From Podarcis filfolensis (lineage: Eukaryota), in the NCBI GenBank assembly GCA_964270895.1, contig OZ185438.1: 64,000 nucleotides of DNA. One strand, written 5' to 3'. The notes under the pieces are model-generated. The model was not told the DNA's origin. It did not search any database and saw only the letters and a program-made list of their open reading frames with translations. Made by a program: the position numbers and the translations under genes. Of the stretch, positions 26,033-38,873 are shown piece after piece (the first letter of the stretch is position 1; each line of letters starts with the position of its first letter).

Positions 26033-26737
26033 GCATACTGCATTTTTGTCAGTGAACACACGTACACACACATGGAGAAACAGTAGTACTAAAATATAAG
26101 ATTTCAGAGATTTATAGAGCTATTACTTCTCTCAAAGTATGGTTGCATTTTCCCAGGTCTGAGGTTAACATAGAAAGACTCAGAGAACCACATTTGGCCC
26201 CTGCACTAGGTTTCTCACCCCTGAATTGGCTCCAAAGGTGTCAGTCCACTCATGGAAGTGTGGAAGATCATCTTTAAAGTAACCCTACAACTGGCGTGTA
26301 TATAACTTGGGACTGTTGTGTTTTTTTCATGCTACTTCGCTGTTGTTGATGTAGTTGTTGTGATACAGTGACTGCTTACCAAAGCGAAGGCATTCAATTT
26401 TAAAAGTAAAATGCCTGGCTTCTGTCTTTACCTGCTGTGATGTGGATCAAAGGGAGATGTAACCAGGGTGGCAGATTTATATGTGTGCGCGAGTGCACAC
26501 ACAAATAAGTGCTTATAAGCTTAACCACATACAGGTAAGTACACATATAACTTTTTAAAAATAAAAGTAGCATTCAAGGCTGTTTGTATCCTCACAGAAG
26601 TCACGTGACATTTCAAAAACATGTTACTTCTTTCTCATGCCAATGTCCAGTTCCGCTGTGAGCATCTCCTTGATTTCTTTTTAAAAGAACAAATATCCTT
26701 CAGGTCCCCAAAATATCAGAAGCCTGGTCCACAGTAA

Positions 26738-26880
26738 CTCATGGAATCATAAAGTTGGGAGGGAACCTGAGGATCATCTAGTCTAACCCCCTGCAATGCA
26801 GGAATATGCAGCTGCCCCTTATGGGGATCAAACCTGCAACCTTGGCTTTATCAGCACCATGCTGTAACCAGCTGAGCTTT
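26738..26880 (-). mobile_element. tRNA-derived SINE with CR1-type tail (Squam2-like)
   Basis: CATGGAATCATAAAGTTGG...ATCATCTAGTCTAACCCC CR1-type tail joined to a reversed tRNA-like head (GATCAAACCTGC...CCAGCTGAGCT). Confidence 0.6.
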
Positions 26881-28447
26881 TCAGGTTAATGCTGTTAATG
26901 ATAGGAATTTTGGTGCAACTGTCCCTGTCCTGTGGAACAACACTCCTGTTGAGATACAACAGGTACTTTCCAGAAACAAAAACATACTCGTTTCAATTAG
27001 CTTTTCCAGCTTTGGTGCTTGTCTTGTATTGCTTTTAAATCTGGGTTATTTTTGTACAGTTCTAAAACTATTTTTAATTGTTCTATGATATTTTTATGTC
27101 AGCACCTACATAACATGTGATTCATAAATGTATTACTAATATTAATGATAAAAATGAAATGGAAAGTTAAATTGTTTTATTAGCAGCTCCAGCTATTGGA
27201 TGAACTATGGGTCTCCACAACAGCTATTTTCTATCACACTCACTACAGTTAGATTATACAGCCTTGCAGATGAAATTCCTTTCAGTCAAAGACATCTTAT
27301 GCTTCCCAATCCTGCCACGCTTTGCAGGGACAGGAATACACACAGTTAATTCTGTCACAATATTTTGATCTTTGGCTGATGTTTTCTTCTGGGACAGTGC
27401 TATGGATTTGACATTGCCCATCAGATATGTGTGACCATGATGTAGTCATTAAGTTTTATGTAAGCATCTACTAAAATCCAATTTTAAAATCCCCTGGCTT
27501 TTGCCAATGGTAGTTCATAGATTTGGACTGAAATAAAGCAAATATTTAGCTGTCAGACTTTAGTGGAAAATTCTGTTTCCTTGTTATTATTATTATCATC
27601 ATGCATTTTAAATGACTTCCTTTTATCTAAAATGTATCGGTTACTAGGGAAATAAAATTCAATAGTTACTTGTAAAAAAAAAACCCAACCACCCCTCTTT
27701 ATTTGTTTTTAGTGGCTGTGTTCTTAGAATAGCTCATTTTTCTTTGTTTTGCTGGTGAGTATAAAGCACATGAAAAATGAAACTAAATCCATCAACAGAG
27801 GGACTTTAATTGCAAGCAGTATAATTTGTTTAATACATTTTTTTCCCCAAAGGAGACTAAGACAACTTCCATTTTAAAAATACTTCTAATACTAGCATAA
27901 TCCTATGTATGCCCTGAGAACTTATTCCCAAAGTAATAATCACAACAGGACTCTCACTGGGACATCTTTTCATGAAAGGCATTTACTATGGTGCCAGAAA
28001 TGTGAGATCTCTTGCACTGAAGAGGATGAGTTGGAAGATGTAGCCTTGTGGATTTTATGTCTTTACTGTGCCAGTAAATAGGTGACATCTTGTTTTGCTT
28101 GCCGGTGGATTTGTGGCATTTCATTATACTTTATTGTCTTATTTTCTAAATGGCAGGTTCCAAGTCTCAAGTTATGCTTATGAATGTCTGATGCCATGTT
28201 GTGTTCTCATAATGGCTAATGAGGGTTTGTCACTAGAGAATCATTTAGAAGCCTAACCCAATAGATAAGTAGCTGTGATTGCATTGGTGTCCATTTTTGC
28301 AGAGGTTATGCAACACTAGACTTCATAGCCCATATTTGTACCATGGCTGGTATGTGTGTGGCATAACTTGGGATGTGGTGGTTGATTGGCCACCTCAGTG
28401 CTTCTTGGCTGGCTTTAAAATTACTGTGCCTTTGTTGTATTCTAGTT

Positions 28448-28582
28448 CAGGCTTCCTCAACCTCGGCCCTCCAGATGTTGTGAGACTACAATTCCCATCA
28501 TCCCTGACCACTGGTCCTGCTAGCTAGGGAACATGGGAGTTGTAGGCCAAAACATCTGGAGGGCCAAGGTTGAGGAAGCCTG
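28448..28582. mobile_element. Palindromic hAT-like MITE
   Basis: TIR CAGGCTTCCTCAACCT / AGGTTGAGGAAGCCTG; 8-bp TSD TTCTAGTT / GTCTAGTT (7/8). Confidence 0.88.
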
Positions 28583-31008
28583 GTCTAGTTCATTCTAGAT
28601 CAGTCTGTGGGATACTGCACAACTATCCAACACTAGTTTGCAGCCTTACTAGTTTGTACTGGAGAGTACTAGTTTGCAGCCTTAGAAGGTTTTCCCATTT
28701 TCACTATAAAATATTGCAGATTTTTTTAGTCTGTGAAAGTCTGCAATCTACCTGATTCAACCATTTTGAGAATGTAATTTTGGAGCATTTACTAGTGTTT
28801 GGATGCTTGGCTGAGGGTCCAAACAAAACCCAGAATTACTGGATTTTGTTTTTCTTTCTCCCAGTGATCAAGGGGCAGCTGCATGATGGTCACTGGATTA
28901 CCTACAGCAGCTTTTTTCTCAAAACAGCTCCATTTTTTTCTTGCATGTCATGGTTAAATCTATCTATGCTGTAAGCGCAAATAGTGGAAGCTGTAATCAA
29001 AGTCTTAACAACTGAAGTAGGAACCCAGCTCAGAAATGCCTGTCAGCAAGATGAGTGAAAAATGAATAGCAAAGAAGATTTAAGTAGGCATCTGAAGTGT
29101 CTACAAGCATGTACAGTATTAAGGGCACAAACACTTGGCAATTTTCCTGATTCAAACGCTCTGATTATGTCTTATGGCACATAACTGTGCTACATGACTT
29201 AGGTGCCCTGCTCTCAGCGGTGGCTAAACACAATGGAATTAATCACCACTTCCTTTAATAACATTTGCATGTTGCTCTCTATGGCACGGCATTCATCACA
29301 TGCACTTAAGTCTTATCTCTGCCAGTCTGGGATGCCTAGCAGCATTTACAGATCCATTTTCATTGCTGTAAAAAATTAAACAGTTTTGTAAGTAGGAATG
29401 AGAGTATGTGGAATATCTGGCATGACAGTGTGCTGAATGGTTAAGGGGGAATAGAGGAAGGTTATTTATCTATCTTATGGTACATGGCCAACCCTTAATA
29501 ACACTCCGTATCTTTTTGTTTTTCACTTAACATAGGTGAACAGGGCTGCCAACATGGTGCCAACTTATAGATGTCCCTTGTATGTGTTTGAGTGTGATAC
29601 ATACACACTTGTCATTTATCTACGAGCTTTAAAAAAAGGATAGCTTCATTTTTCTGTTTCTACTTCTTAAACCTTCTCCTGCTGTTGTCAACAACAACGA
29701 AAAGCAGTGCCAAAAATAGGTTTCTGACTAAGCCATACTCAGAGCTGATTCATTGAAATCAATGGAATTTAATTGTTAACTTCGTTCATTTCAATAGAAT
29801 TATTATGAGTAGGGTTTAGTTGGATACAGCCCAATAAACTTATTCAGGGAGAGAGAGAGAGAGAGAGAGACTGCTCAACCTGGAAAGCAATATATCTTGA
29901 TTGTATTTCAAAGAGGAAAAAAACCATAGGTTTTTCTTCAAGATGCCTGCCTATGATAGAACTTATTATCAGTCTGGTGTGGCTGTTCTCTGTGTCTAGC
30001 ATAGCAAAACTGTACGGCTTAAATGTTGCAGTGCTTGGAGACGGAGGATAGTTAAGTTTAAGCAAACCAGTCTTTTATCGTGTCTTATACTTTGATCCTA
30101 CTCAGTTATCTGTTTTCTTTCCTGTGCTTTCTGTATATTAATCCCCTTAGCCTGCCTTGCAAGTCTCCTTTGTAGTATCATTTTCACTATAATTTCACTA
30201 TTTTTCATAGTTAAATTGATTAGGCAGGGGAATGGAAGGTCCCCTGTGTCCTGTGAGGTCATTAGTTTCTCATGAAAACAGAGATCACTATTAATTAAAC
30301 AGCAACAAATAAAACAACCCAAAGCACAGAAGAGGAAATAGTTTTTAAACTTTCACCATGTTTTGGACAAAGATGTGCAATACCCTTGTATATTCTTGCA
30401 TTATTTGCTGCATATGTGTAGATATGAATTAGAAGAGTTTTAGCATAGCCAATGAAATAGTGCCCTTTCTTTAAATTGTTTAAGGATTTATCCGCTATAC
30501 ATCTGCATCTTTCTATCACTAATGCAGTGTCTCTGCAGTGTCTGTATAGCATCAAGCTTTGTGACGTGTGAACGATTAGTCAGTGTATCCCCACCCGGAG
30601 CATGTGTTTACTAGATCAGTAAGCCCTAGGCTCAGACTGTGTGATCAATATACTGTTTGCTTATACTGGAAGACCTGGGTAAATTATGTGCTATGATAAC
30701 ACTTCATCATCAAGTGGCAGCTGTTCAGACCATTTGCGTTTCGACTTCTTGTTTTGGTCTTTTTTTATACCAGCCAGAAGATATTGCTAACTTGCCTTTT
30801 CAGAAGAGTGTCTTAGTGCCATGCATTGCTGCTGAAGGATATTTCTTTTGAGCATGAACAAAGCTTGCATAGTTAGCCAATAAGGGCGTGTGTTGTGAAT
30901 TTTAATCCTCAATAGCTTTTCATTCAGAGTCATAAATAGATTTTTTCCATAGCTATCACAACAGCCACTCCTCTCACCAACTCCTAATGTTTTATTGTTT
31001 GAATGCAA

Positions 31009-31123
31009 GCCCTGTTTAAGGAAGTTTTTAATGTTTAACAGACTGTTGTATTTTAATATTCTGTTGGAAGCTACCCGGAGTGGCTGGGGAAACCCAGCCA
31101 GTTAGGCGGGGTATAAATAATAA

Positions 31124-31170
<47 letters not shown>
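31009..31170 (+). mobile_element. L2 LINE 3' tail with long (ATT)n microsatellite
   Basis: GGAAGCTACCCGGAGTGGCTGGGG...GGCGGGGTATAAATAA followed by a long ATT array. Confidence 0.75.
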
Positions 31171-31171
<1 letters not shown>

Positions 31172-32254
31172 TTAGTTAGTGTGTGCATATATGGCGTGAA
31201 ACCTTTCTGTATCAAAATGTAGGACAGAGGAGCCATGGAGCCAACTTTTGAGGATTGCTGTTAAAGAAAGAGAAACATTGGCAGGTGAGAAGATGATATT
31301 GCTTGTAGTGGTCATGGTGTAAGTACCGTCTCCTTCATAACGCCACAATTTTAAAATAGGAATTGAGAAATCTTTGGCTAAAGATCGTATTAGATTATAT
31401 TTGATGCAACAAGGTGCATTTGAGACAAAGAAGCAACAGCTGCATTGTCAGGTTGGAATTGAATGCAACACTCAGGCTGCTGTCAGACAGAGGTTAGGGG
31501 TGCTTAGGCCCATTGACATCAATACTTGCCAATTGCAGCCTTAGGTTTTCTGTCTGAGTGAGAAGCTATTGTGGAGATTATAACTGGGGCTATTATTTTC
31601 TCCTCTGCCATTGAACCGTTTCTAGTTCTCCAAAAACCATGTTTCTTTTTGAAAATCCTCACTGATAAAGGTGGCTGGAATTCATTTTTAGTCTTCCGTT
31701 TCAATTGAAACGAGCAAAGCCACTGCCACGTTGACAATACAGCACTAATGTTTTAATGCAGAGAGGTGAGGAGGGCAATTTATGCATTTAGCACCCCGTG
31801 TGGGGTCAGGGTTTGCAGCTATTGCTAACGGACCACTGCTCAATAGCATGCATGTTAAGGGCTCATCTGCCTTTGTCAGAGTATATAGCCTTAAAATTTG
31901 TCAGTGTTTATAGGATTACGTTTGGAACTGTTTGTCCTGGGCTTTCACAAATACGGGTTGTTTTGGTTTGCCTCGCAGTTAGCCAGAGTAACCATTAACA
32001 TGACTAAGCTGTGTTGCCAGTAAGAATATAAGAAAAAAGAAAACAAACAGCCTGAAATTATCCAGTTACCTAGTTGTTGTTTTTAAGATAAAATGTTCTT
32101 TCCCATCATAAGATAAAAGTTTTCCGTGGAGCCTATTTTTCATCAACATTTCATCATAGTGTTATTCTGTAGAGTACAGAAAATAAAATGGGTGGGTGAA
32201 AGAACAAGCCTCACAAACAAAATAAAAGAGGGGAGAAAAAAGTCCGTTAACAAC

Positions 32255-32400
32255 GAAGCAGCTGGACTAGAACCTGAGAGGCCCAGGGTTCAAATGCAGG
32301 AAGCTCCCTGGGTGACCTTCAGCCATTTACCTACTCTCAGCACAGGGGTTTGTGAGGATAAAGTGGGACAGGAGGAGGACCCTGTACCCTATCTTGGAGA
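32255..32400 (+). mobile_element. Old MIR/Squam3-like SINE remnant
   Basis: B-box-like CCCAGGGTTCAAATGC followed by a CTGGGTGACCTT core. Confidence 0.45.
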
Positions 32401-33948
32401 AAAGATGCAATATACATGTAATCATAAATAAAATGTAGAACAAATCACAAAAAAGAATAAAAGGAATAACAGAGATCTACTTAATGCAGAATGGTGGCAA
32501 ACACCATAAGCAGTTCCTCAGTATTACAAGTAGAATACAAATACACAAAACCAAGATGGTTGTTTCATTGGTCAAAAAACACATTATAGTAGTTCAAAAT
32601 AACTGTAGACAAGCGGTGGGCAGAAGTTGGATTGGGATCTACTTTAAATAGATCTATGCATTTTGTTGTTGCTTTTTATTATTATACATTATTTTTTCTT
32701 GCTATTGGCCTGATTTTTTTCTGTCGCTGCTTCTATAGAATAGCACTACAAAATTTATTTGATTGATTAGGGTTGTAGCCTGCCACGCTTCAAGGACTTG
32801 GGAGCAGATTAACAGTGCATTGAGATAATGGTGGTGAGCAGGATTTCGTTCCAAATGGTATAAAATCTAAAGGGCAGATGGGAACAGAATATAAAGATGC
32901 AAGATTCTTAGGAAATAAGTGATACATTTATATGACTCCTTGGGCTCTAAAGTTCTGCATTAAGAAGCATCCTTTTAAGTAAGAAACATCTGACAATTCT
33001 AGTATCTGTGAGGGTGGAGAAGCTTTCGCAGCAAAAATTATTTGTGCTTAGTGCCTTGAGGGTAGGCAGAATGTTCTCGCCATTGTGCTAAACCACTCCT
33101 GGTTTACAAAGAGTGCTTCTCTCCCTCTCTCTCTCTCCCCCCCCCTCTCTCCCCCCTACCGACATCTGCGCAGTTAAGATTAGGCTGTCAGAGTACATCT
33201 AAATCAGCTTTGATTTTAATTCTGTGTGTCTTTCTTAATACAGATTTCTATTTCTGTCATTGTATAGCGCTGAATAACTAGTTCCTTTTAAAATATGGCT
33301 CAGATTAAAAGCCCACAAAGTGGGGTGTGTGGTTGTGTGTGCATGTGCAGGGCTTTGTGGTGGTGCTTCAATACAATCTATGGACCTATCACAAATGGTA
33401 TGTTTGCATTGGCTGGCTTTAAGAGTTTGCAAGGCAGAATGTATTTGATTCTTTCAGTTGCACTGAAGCTTTCCAAGTCCAAGACTGCATCGCTTTTATC
33501 ATGAGTTATTTTTAGGGCACCTCAATTTGGGGCTCTTGTTGAGTGTAAACAGTGCAGCTGCTTCCCTGTGTCACATGACGCCATTGCATGAAGCTTTGTT
33601 TAAAAGTATGAAATGAACAGCCTGAATTCTTGCTCTGCTTCTAGCAGTCCCCCCCCCCCCCGTAGTAGCTTCAGTCCTTAAATTATCTTTGTTTATGGCT
33701 ATCTTTAAGCTCCCCAGGACTCTTCAAGTAACACTCAAGAGATGTACGTTCTGTATATGCCTATATTCTATACACACATATGCCCAGGATACAGAACCAT
33801 AGGACTTCTTGTCCCCAAAGGGTGGAAACACTTAATGTTCCATTTTGGTGACAGGTGGTCTTAGAAAGAGAGAAAGAAAGAGAAAGTTGCAGTTATTATT
33901 TTAAGCAAGCGATTTATGCCGTGCTTAAAACATGTCTCTCTTTTGCAG

Positions 33949-34052
33949 GCCAGTAGTGTTGATGTGGATGTTTTGGGCTGCCCAGAGATTAATTGGATGC
34001 CCGTGACAGCTATGTAAACTACAGTTCTGCAAAGCCTCGGAAACCCTGCAAA
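33949..34052 (+). other. RAI2: 5' UTR part of RAI2 exon 2
   Basis: Strong acceptor TCTCTCTTTTGCAG|G at 33948/33949; in-frame stops at 33954 and 33960 close the main ORF upstream. Confidence 0.65.
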
Positions 34053-35720
34053 ATGGAGGAACTATATAAGGACACGCAAAACCTGCCTATGGATGTTACC
34101 ACCTCGCCCTCGGCTATGGCAAACAACAAGCTAGAGAATGGAGTTGCCCAGCTGATAACGGCAGAAGCCTGGAATATCAATTCAGCAGACTTGATGAAGA
34201 AAGCACTTTCGCCGCTGGTGACTGTCCCCGCTCCATCAATATTGACACCGCCAGCAGAATCCCAAAGTGGGGTCGCTCTCAAGGTAGCTGCCACAGTGCT
34301 TCAGCCCATTTGCTTAGGAGACAGCCCCGTGGTTCTCCCAATACATCTCCAAGTAGCAGGAAGCACAGCCCCTCAGATTGCTCCGAATGGCAACACTCCC
34401 TACGTCATGACCACTCAAGGCCCAGTGCCACTGCCTGTCCTCTTAGAGCAACACGTGTTCCAGCATTTAAACTCCCCACTGGTGTTACCGCAGAGTTCTC
34501 CCTGTGCAGCCAACTCCATTCACAGCAACCTCTTTCAGGGCTCTTCTGCTCCGTTGGGACAGCCGCAACTGTTGGATCAGAAACCATCAAATACAGCTCA
34601 GGAGTCTGTCTTGCCTCCTGTGTTTCAGACACCAGGATTTGCTGCCGTTTTGCAGGATCTCTTTCCCACACAAGGCGCCTTAGGTCCTTCGCCCTATCAG
34701 CCGCCTCCAGACTGCTCTTCTGTCCCCCCACCACAGCCCTTCAGCTCCCCGTTATCTCCCCTGGTTCCGCCAGCCACACTCTTGGTACCGTACCCTGTGA
34801 TCGTTCCTCTGCCAGTCCCAGTTCCTATTCCTATCCCCATTCCCATCCCTGTGCCCCACGGTTCTGAGTCTAAGGCCAACATGGACTGCCCAAAACCAGC
34901 TGCTTCGTTCGTCTTGCATTCCTGCAAAGGCACCCAGACTCCCTTAGAGAAAGAAGAAACCAAACCATTCGATTTCATCCACCACAGAGAGCTTTCCCAG
35001 CTGAACCGGCACACTGTCATCAAGATGAGTAATGAGAATGAGGTCCTCGATCTGTCCATGAAAACAGCCCCTTTGCTTAAGGAAGGCGAGGACAATTCCC
35101 AGCTCTCACTGGAGGGCGGCGCTTTGGACCTCTCGATTACTTCCTGTCGGAAGGCTAGCAGCACCGAAGCAAGCAATAACGGCACCCGATCTGGATCCGC
35201 GATGGATGGCGCTTCTCATTCTGCAGCGGATAAGCTTTCCGGTGCGGTTTTGCCCTTTGCTCCTTCCAAACTGCACGAGACTCCGGCAAAGGTGGAAAGC
35301 AGAGTGATCAGTAGTGGCTCGTCTGAACTCCTGAGACAGCAGCCCAAATGGCTGGTGGACCAGACCAGTATAGCACCCTGTGAGCCGCCCACTGGCAATA
35401 ACATTGAGATTGTGAGCACGTCACAGACGGCCAAAGTGATCGTCTCTGTCAAAGATGCGGTGCCTACCATTTTCTGTGGCAAGATAAAGGGCCTCTCGGG
35501 GGTTTCGACGAAAAACTTTTCCTTCAAAAGGGACATGCCCCAGGACTCGGTGTTGCAGTGTTATGACGTGAAGAACCAGCCGGAAGCCCGGGATAATGCA
35601 GAGGCCCTTAGGAAACCTATAAAAAACAGGAGTGTGAAGTTAAAGAAAATGAGCTCGCAGGAAATACACATTCTCCCAATCAAAAAGCAGCGGCTCGCGG
35701 CCTTTTTCCCAAGAAAGTAA
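34053..35720 (+). CDS. RAI2: Retinoic acid-induced protein 2 (555 aa, single coding exon)
   Basis: NNKLENGVAQLITAEAWNINS, VPYPVIVPLPVPVPIPIP, two xLDLS CtBP-binding motifs and C-terminal IHILPIKKQRLAAFFPRK match recalled RAI2; ATG at 34053 in strong context (AAAATGG); the ORF-track start at 33993 is a TTG. Confidence 0.96.
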   Translation: MEELYKDTQNLPMDVTTSPSAMANNKLENGVAQLITAEAWNINSADLMKKALSPLVTVPAPSILTPPAESQSGVALKVAATVLQPICLGDSPVVLPIHLQVAGSTAPQIAPNGNTPYVMTTQGPVPLPVLLEQHVFQHLNSPLVLPQSSPCAANSIHSNLFQGSSAPLGQPQLLDQKPSNTAQESVLPPVFQTPGFAAVLQDLFPTQGALGPSPYQPPPDCSSVPPPQPFSSPLSPLVPPATLLVPYPVIVPLPVPVPIPIPIPIPVPHGSESKANMDCPKPAASFVLHSCKGTQTPLEKEETKPFDFIHHRELSQLNRHTVIKMSNENEVLDLSMKTAPLLKEGEDNSQLSLEGGALDLSITSCRKASSTEASNNGTRSGSAMDGASHSAADKLSGAVLPFAPSKLHETPAKVESRVISSGSSELLRQQPKWLVDQTSIAPCEPPTGNNIEIVSTSQTAKVIVSVKDAVPTIFCGKIKGLSGVSTKNFSFKRDMPQDSVLQCYDVKNQPEARDNAEALRKPIKNRSVKLKKMSSQEIHILPIKKQRLAAFFPRK

Positions 35721-35760
35721 TTTATGAGGTTTTAGAATGTTTTAAGGTATAATTATTATA

Positions 35761-35766
35761 AATAAA
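35761..35766 (+). terminator. Candidate RAI2 polyadenylation signal AATAAA (a second one lies near 35976)
   Basis: Canonical hexamer 40 nt after the stop; usage unknown. Confidence 0.35.
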
Positions 35767-36843
35767 GAGATGCACTTCATTTTTAATTGCATTAAAATGT
35801 TAAGCTATCTTTTAAGTTATTTCGAGGCAGAGGACTGTGGAGTGGGGAGGGGAAGGGGAAGGGGGTGGAGCAGCTTGGGTGGGGGGAAGACAGCTGGAGA
35901 GAACTGGCTACGTCTTCCCTGTACAATGGGTCCCCCTCCCACCTTGTTGCGTTCTAAAATTTTCATGAAAACTAAATAAAAAGCAGCATATTTTTCAAGT
36001 GGATTGCACCTTTGCAGCTTTAATGGGGTACAGTGGGTGAATGAGCCAGAGGGGTAAGAGCTATTTTCACTGCCATGAAGTGCTTTGATGATGTAATTCT
36101 GAACAATGGTGGGTAGAATGGAACTTTCGGAATAAATATTTGTATGTGCTAGTTTGGTTGCGGTATTTTGTACTTTTTTACATATGATTTGCACTCTGGG
36201 TCCAAAAAGGTTTGGTACAAGTCTGGAAACTTGTATAGCTGTTGACTTGTCGTGTTCTTGAGCTGTTGAAATAATCCAAACTCATTACCCAGTTTTACCC
36301 TTGGCACTCTTCATCACATTTTTAGCAATGATGCGTTTTGAACTATGCGGACTGAAACAAGATGAATGTTAATATTATAGCAAAACTACATTTGCATAGT
36401 CCAACAAGTATATCCATCCGTTCTATATAAAAAAAGCTAACTTCTATTTGAAAGTGGGTGAGGGCAAGTTGCATCTCCCACCCTCTGAGTAGTAATATAG
36501 ACCAAGGTTGAACAGGCATCAGGTTGTTAGGGATACTTGGGGGTTTTTTCCTCCCAGTTCCCTGGAATCCACTGACTAGAATTAGATGCAAATTAATGGC
36601 CTTGGGGTGGGGGTGGGGTGGGGATCTTCTATACACTTAGAAGTACGGAAGCTAACAATTTCCACTTTTCTCTGTTTCTTACCTCTCCAAACTTTAAGTT
36701 GGCTTTGCCACATTTCTACATCCGTTTGGTTGTTAAAAGTTCTCTTGAATTTTGCCGTCATTTTAGTGTGCATTTCTCCTAATGTACACATTTATGTGCA
36801 AGTCTGCCCAATGACAGACAATTTGTATTTCATTAACCATACA

Positions 36844-37193
36844 GGGATGAGGGTGGCACTATGGTCTAAACCACAGAGCCTAGGGCTTGCTGATCAGAAG
36901 GTCGGCGGTTCAAATCCCCACGACGGGGTGAGTTCCTGTTGCTTGGTCCCGACCTCCTGCCCACCTAGCAGTTCGAAAGCACATCAAAGTGCAAGTAGAT
37001 AAATAGGTATCGCTCCGGCAGGAAGGTAAACGGCTTTTCCGTGTGCTGCTCTGGTTCGCCAGAAGCAGCTTAGTCATTCTGGTCACATGACCCGGAAGCT
37101 GTACGCTGGCTCCCTCGGCCAATAAAGCGAGATGAGCGTCGCAACCCCAGAGTCGGCCACGACTAGACCTAACGGTCAGGGGTCCCTTTACCT
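36844..37193 (+). mobile_element. Sauria SINE
   Basis: tRNA-like head (GGTTCAAATCC B box), Sauria core and TTTACCTTTA tail; imperfect TSD TTAACCATACA / TTAACTATACA. Confidence 0.92.
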
Positions 37194-37329
37194 TTAACTA
37201 TACAAAAGCTAGCTATACAAATATGGAAAAACATAAAATAAAAAGTCTCCTAGGTCTATGTGGGGACTAGACAGGGGGAGTGCAACTACATTGGTTATAT
37301 CGGACCTTCCAAGCAGCTTCAGTGCCTTT

Positions 37330-38270
37330 ATTCTTAAAGCTTGTGTTGTCTCTGAATAGGGATTTCAGGGATTGTGGTGCTTTGTGGTTTTTCCAGGATG
37401 ACATGTTTCAGAAGGTGGTATTGCTCGGGGCTTATGATCGATGACTTGGTCACTGACTTAGTGTCTTGCAGGGTTCCATTTTATCCCCTAGTGCTTTTTA
37501 AAAATGTGTACTCCACATCACTGAGTAGAGATGCCTGGTGTTATGGAGTGGGTGGCTGTCAGGATGTGGATGATGCGAGGCTCTGTCTTCTCTTTTGTTA
37601 TCTCATTCTGTGGAGGTTGTGGAAGCTCTGAATCTGTTTGCAGTCAGTGATGGACAGGATGACCACACCAGGGATAGAATTGTCAGCCTACTCCAAATTA
37701 GGTTGCCCTTAAAATTTCACGTTTGCAGACTGGTAGAGCTCTTAGGTTTCTTCTAGATGCTCACATGGTGATCATAGCTCAAGAGTGCTTTTGTTGTTTC
37801 AGCTGCTGTGTCCTTTTCTGGTGCAGTCAGACCACAATCAGACATGTTATTAGTTAAATCTTGATTGGACTGCTGTAATGCACACTTTGTAGGGCAGCTC
37901 TTGAAGACCACTTGGGAACTTTGGTTAGTGCTGAATCCTGCAGCAAGAATCATGACTGGGGCTTAGTCTTGGAATCATGTTACCAGATATATTGGTCATT
38001 CCACTATTTTTAGATGCAATTTGCAATGCTAGTTATTACTTCGAAAGCCTTAAACAGCTTGGGAGGACTGCCCACCTGCTCTGTGAATTTACTGTTTTTT
38101 AACAGAAGTATTGCTTGTGCCACTACATCCTGAGGCAGAGTTGGTGGCAACGCGGAAGACGACTTTCTCTGTGACAACACCACCTATGTGGAATTTACTG
38201 CACCGGCAGGTTGGATGAGGTAGAAAGGTCAGTGTTCTACTGCCATCTAAAGGTTTAACTGTTTCAGCAG
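37330..38270 (+). mobile_element. Highly degenerate L2 LINE (RT region to tail)
   Basis: GCAGGGTTCCATTTTATCCCCT (QGSILSP) and GGATGTGGATGATGCGAGGCTCTGT (decayed YADD region); boundaries approximate. Confidence 0.5.
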
Positions 38271-38873
38271 AACTGGGTCTTCTGCTGGTGAGTTTGGGAT
38301 TGTCATTTTGGCTCTTTGCTGTTGTGGCATTGTGTGTTGTTTTGCTCTTTTACTTGATAATAGGATTGGGGTTGTTTTTGTCAATTTGATTTGTCTCATT
38401 ACCACAGTTAATGCTGCTACCTTTGTTTTTAACTACTGTCATTTTTAAGAGTGTCATCGGAGACTATAAATGCAGTCAGGATTGTATGAGCAACCGAAAC
38501 AAGTTGCAATATTTGGGGATGGGTGAAGAGCCTTGCAATCATGTCGGCACTTCCTCTGTGGCACTGGGAAGGGATCCAGGGCTGCATCTCATGTGTTGTA
38601 ACTGCTGGACTTGACTCTCATTTGCTTTGCTTCTACCCTCCTTTGGTGCACCTTCAATAATTTAGTTTCTTCACCATTCTGCTTTCTCTCTGGGGAGAGA
38701 GCGAGAGAGGTGGGCATGAACAGTGTCTCTTACAGGGATCCTAGAGAAAACATCCATGGATCTCGCTGGAGGGCATGTAAGTGCTTCCACAAGGTGGGCT
38801 GGTTAGTCAAGCCCCGAAACCAGTTCTCCAGGAAAGCCCAAAAACATTTAAATGCTTGTGTATGGAAATCTGA

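Noticed and set aside
33993-34052. 20-aa N-terminal extension of RAI2 in the ORF track
   Set aside because: Starts at TTG; homology to known RAI2 begins at the strong-context ATG at 34053
34019-35536. Antisense and alternate-frame ORFs over RAI2 (up to 185 aa)
   Set aside because: Shadow ORFs of a GC-rich coding exon; no independent signals
36844-37193. tRNA-like A/B boxes here and in other repeats as tRNA genes
   Set aside because: They are SINE heads followed by SINE bodies, tails and TSDs; no full cloverleaf
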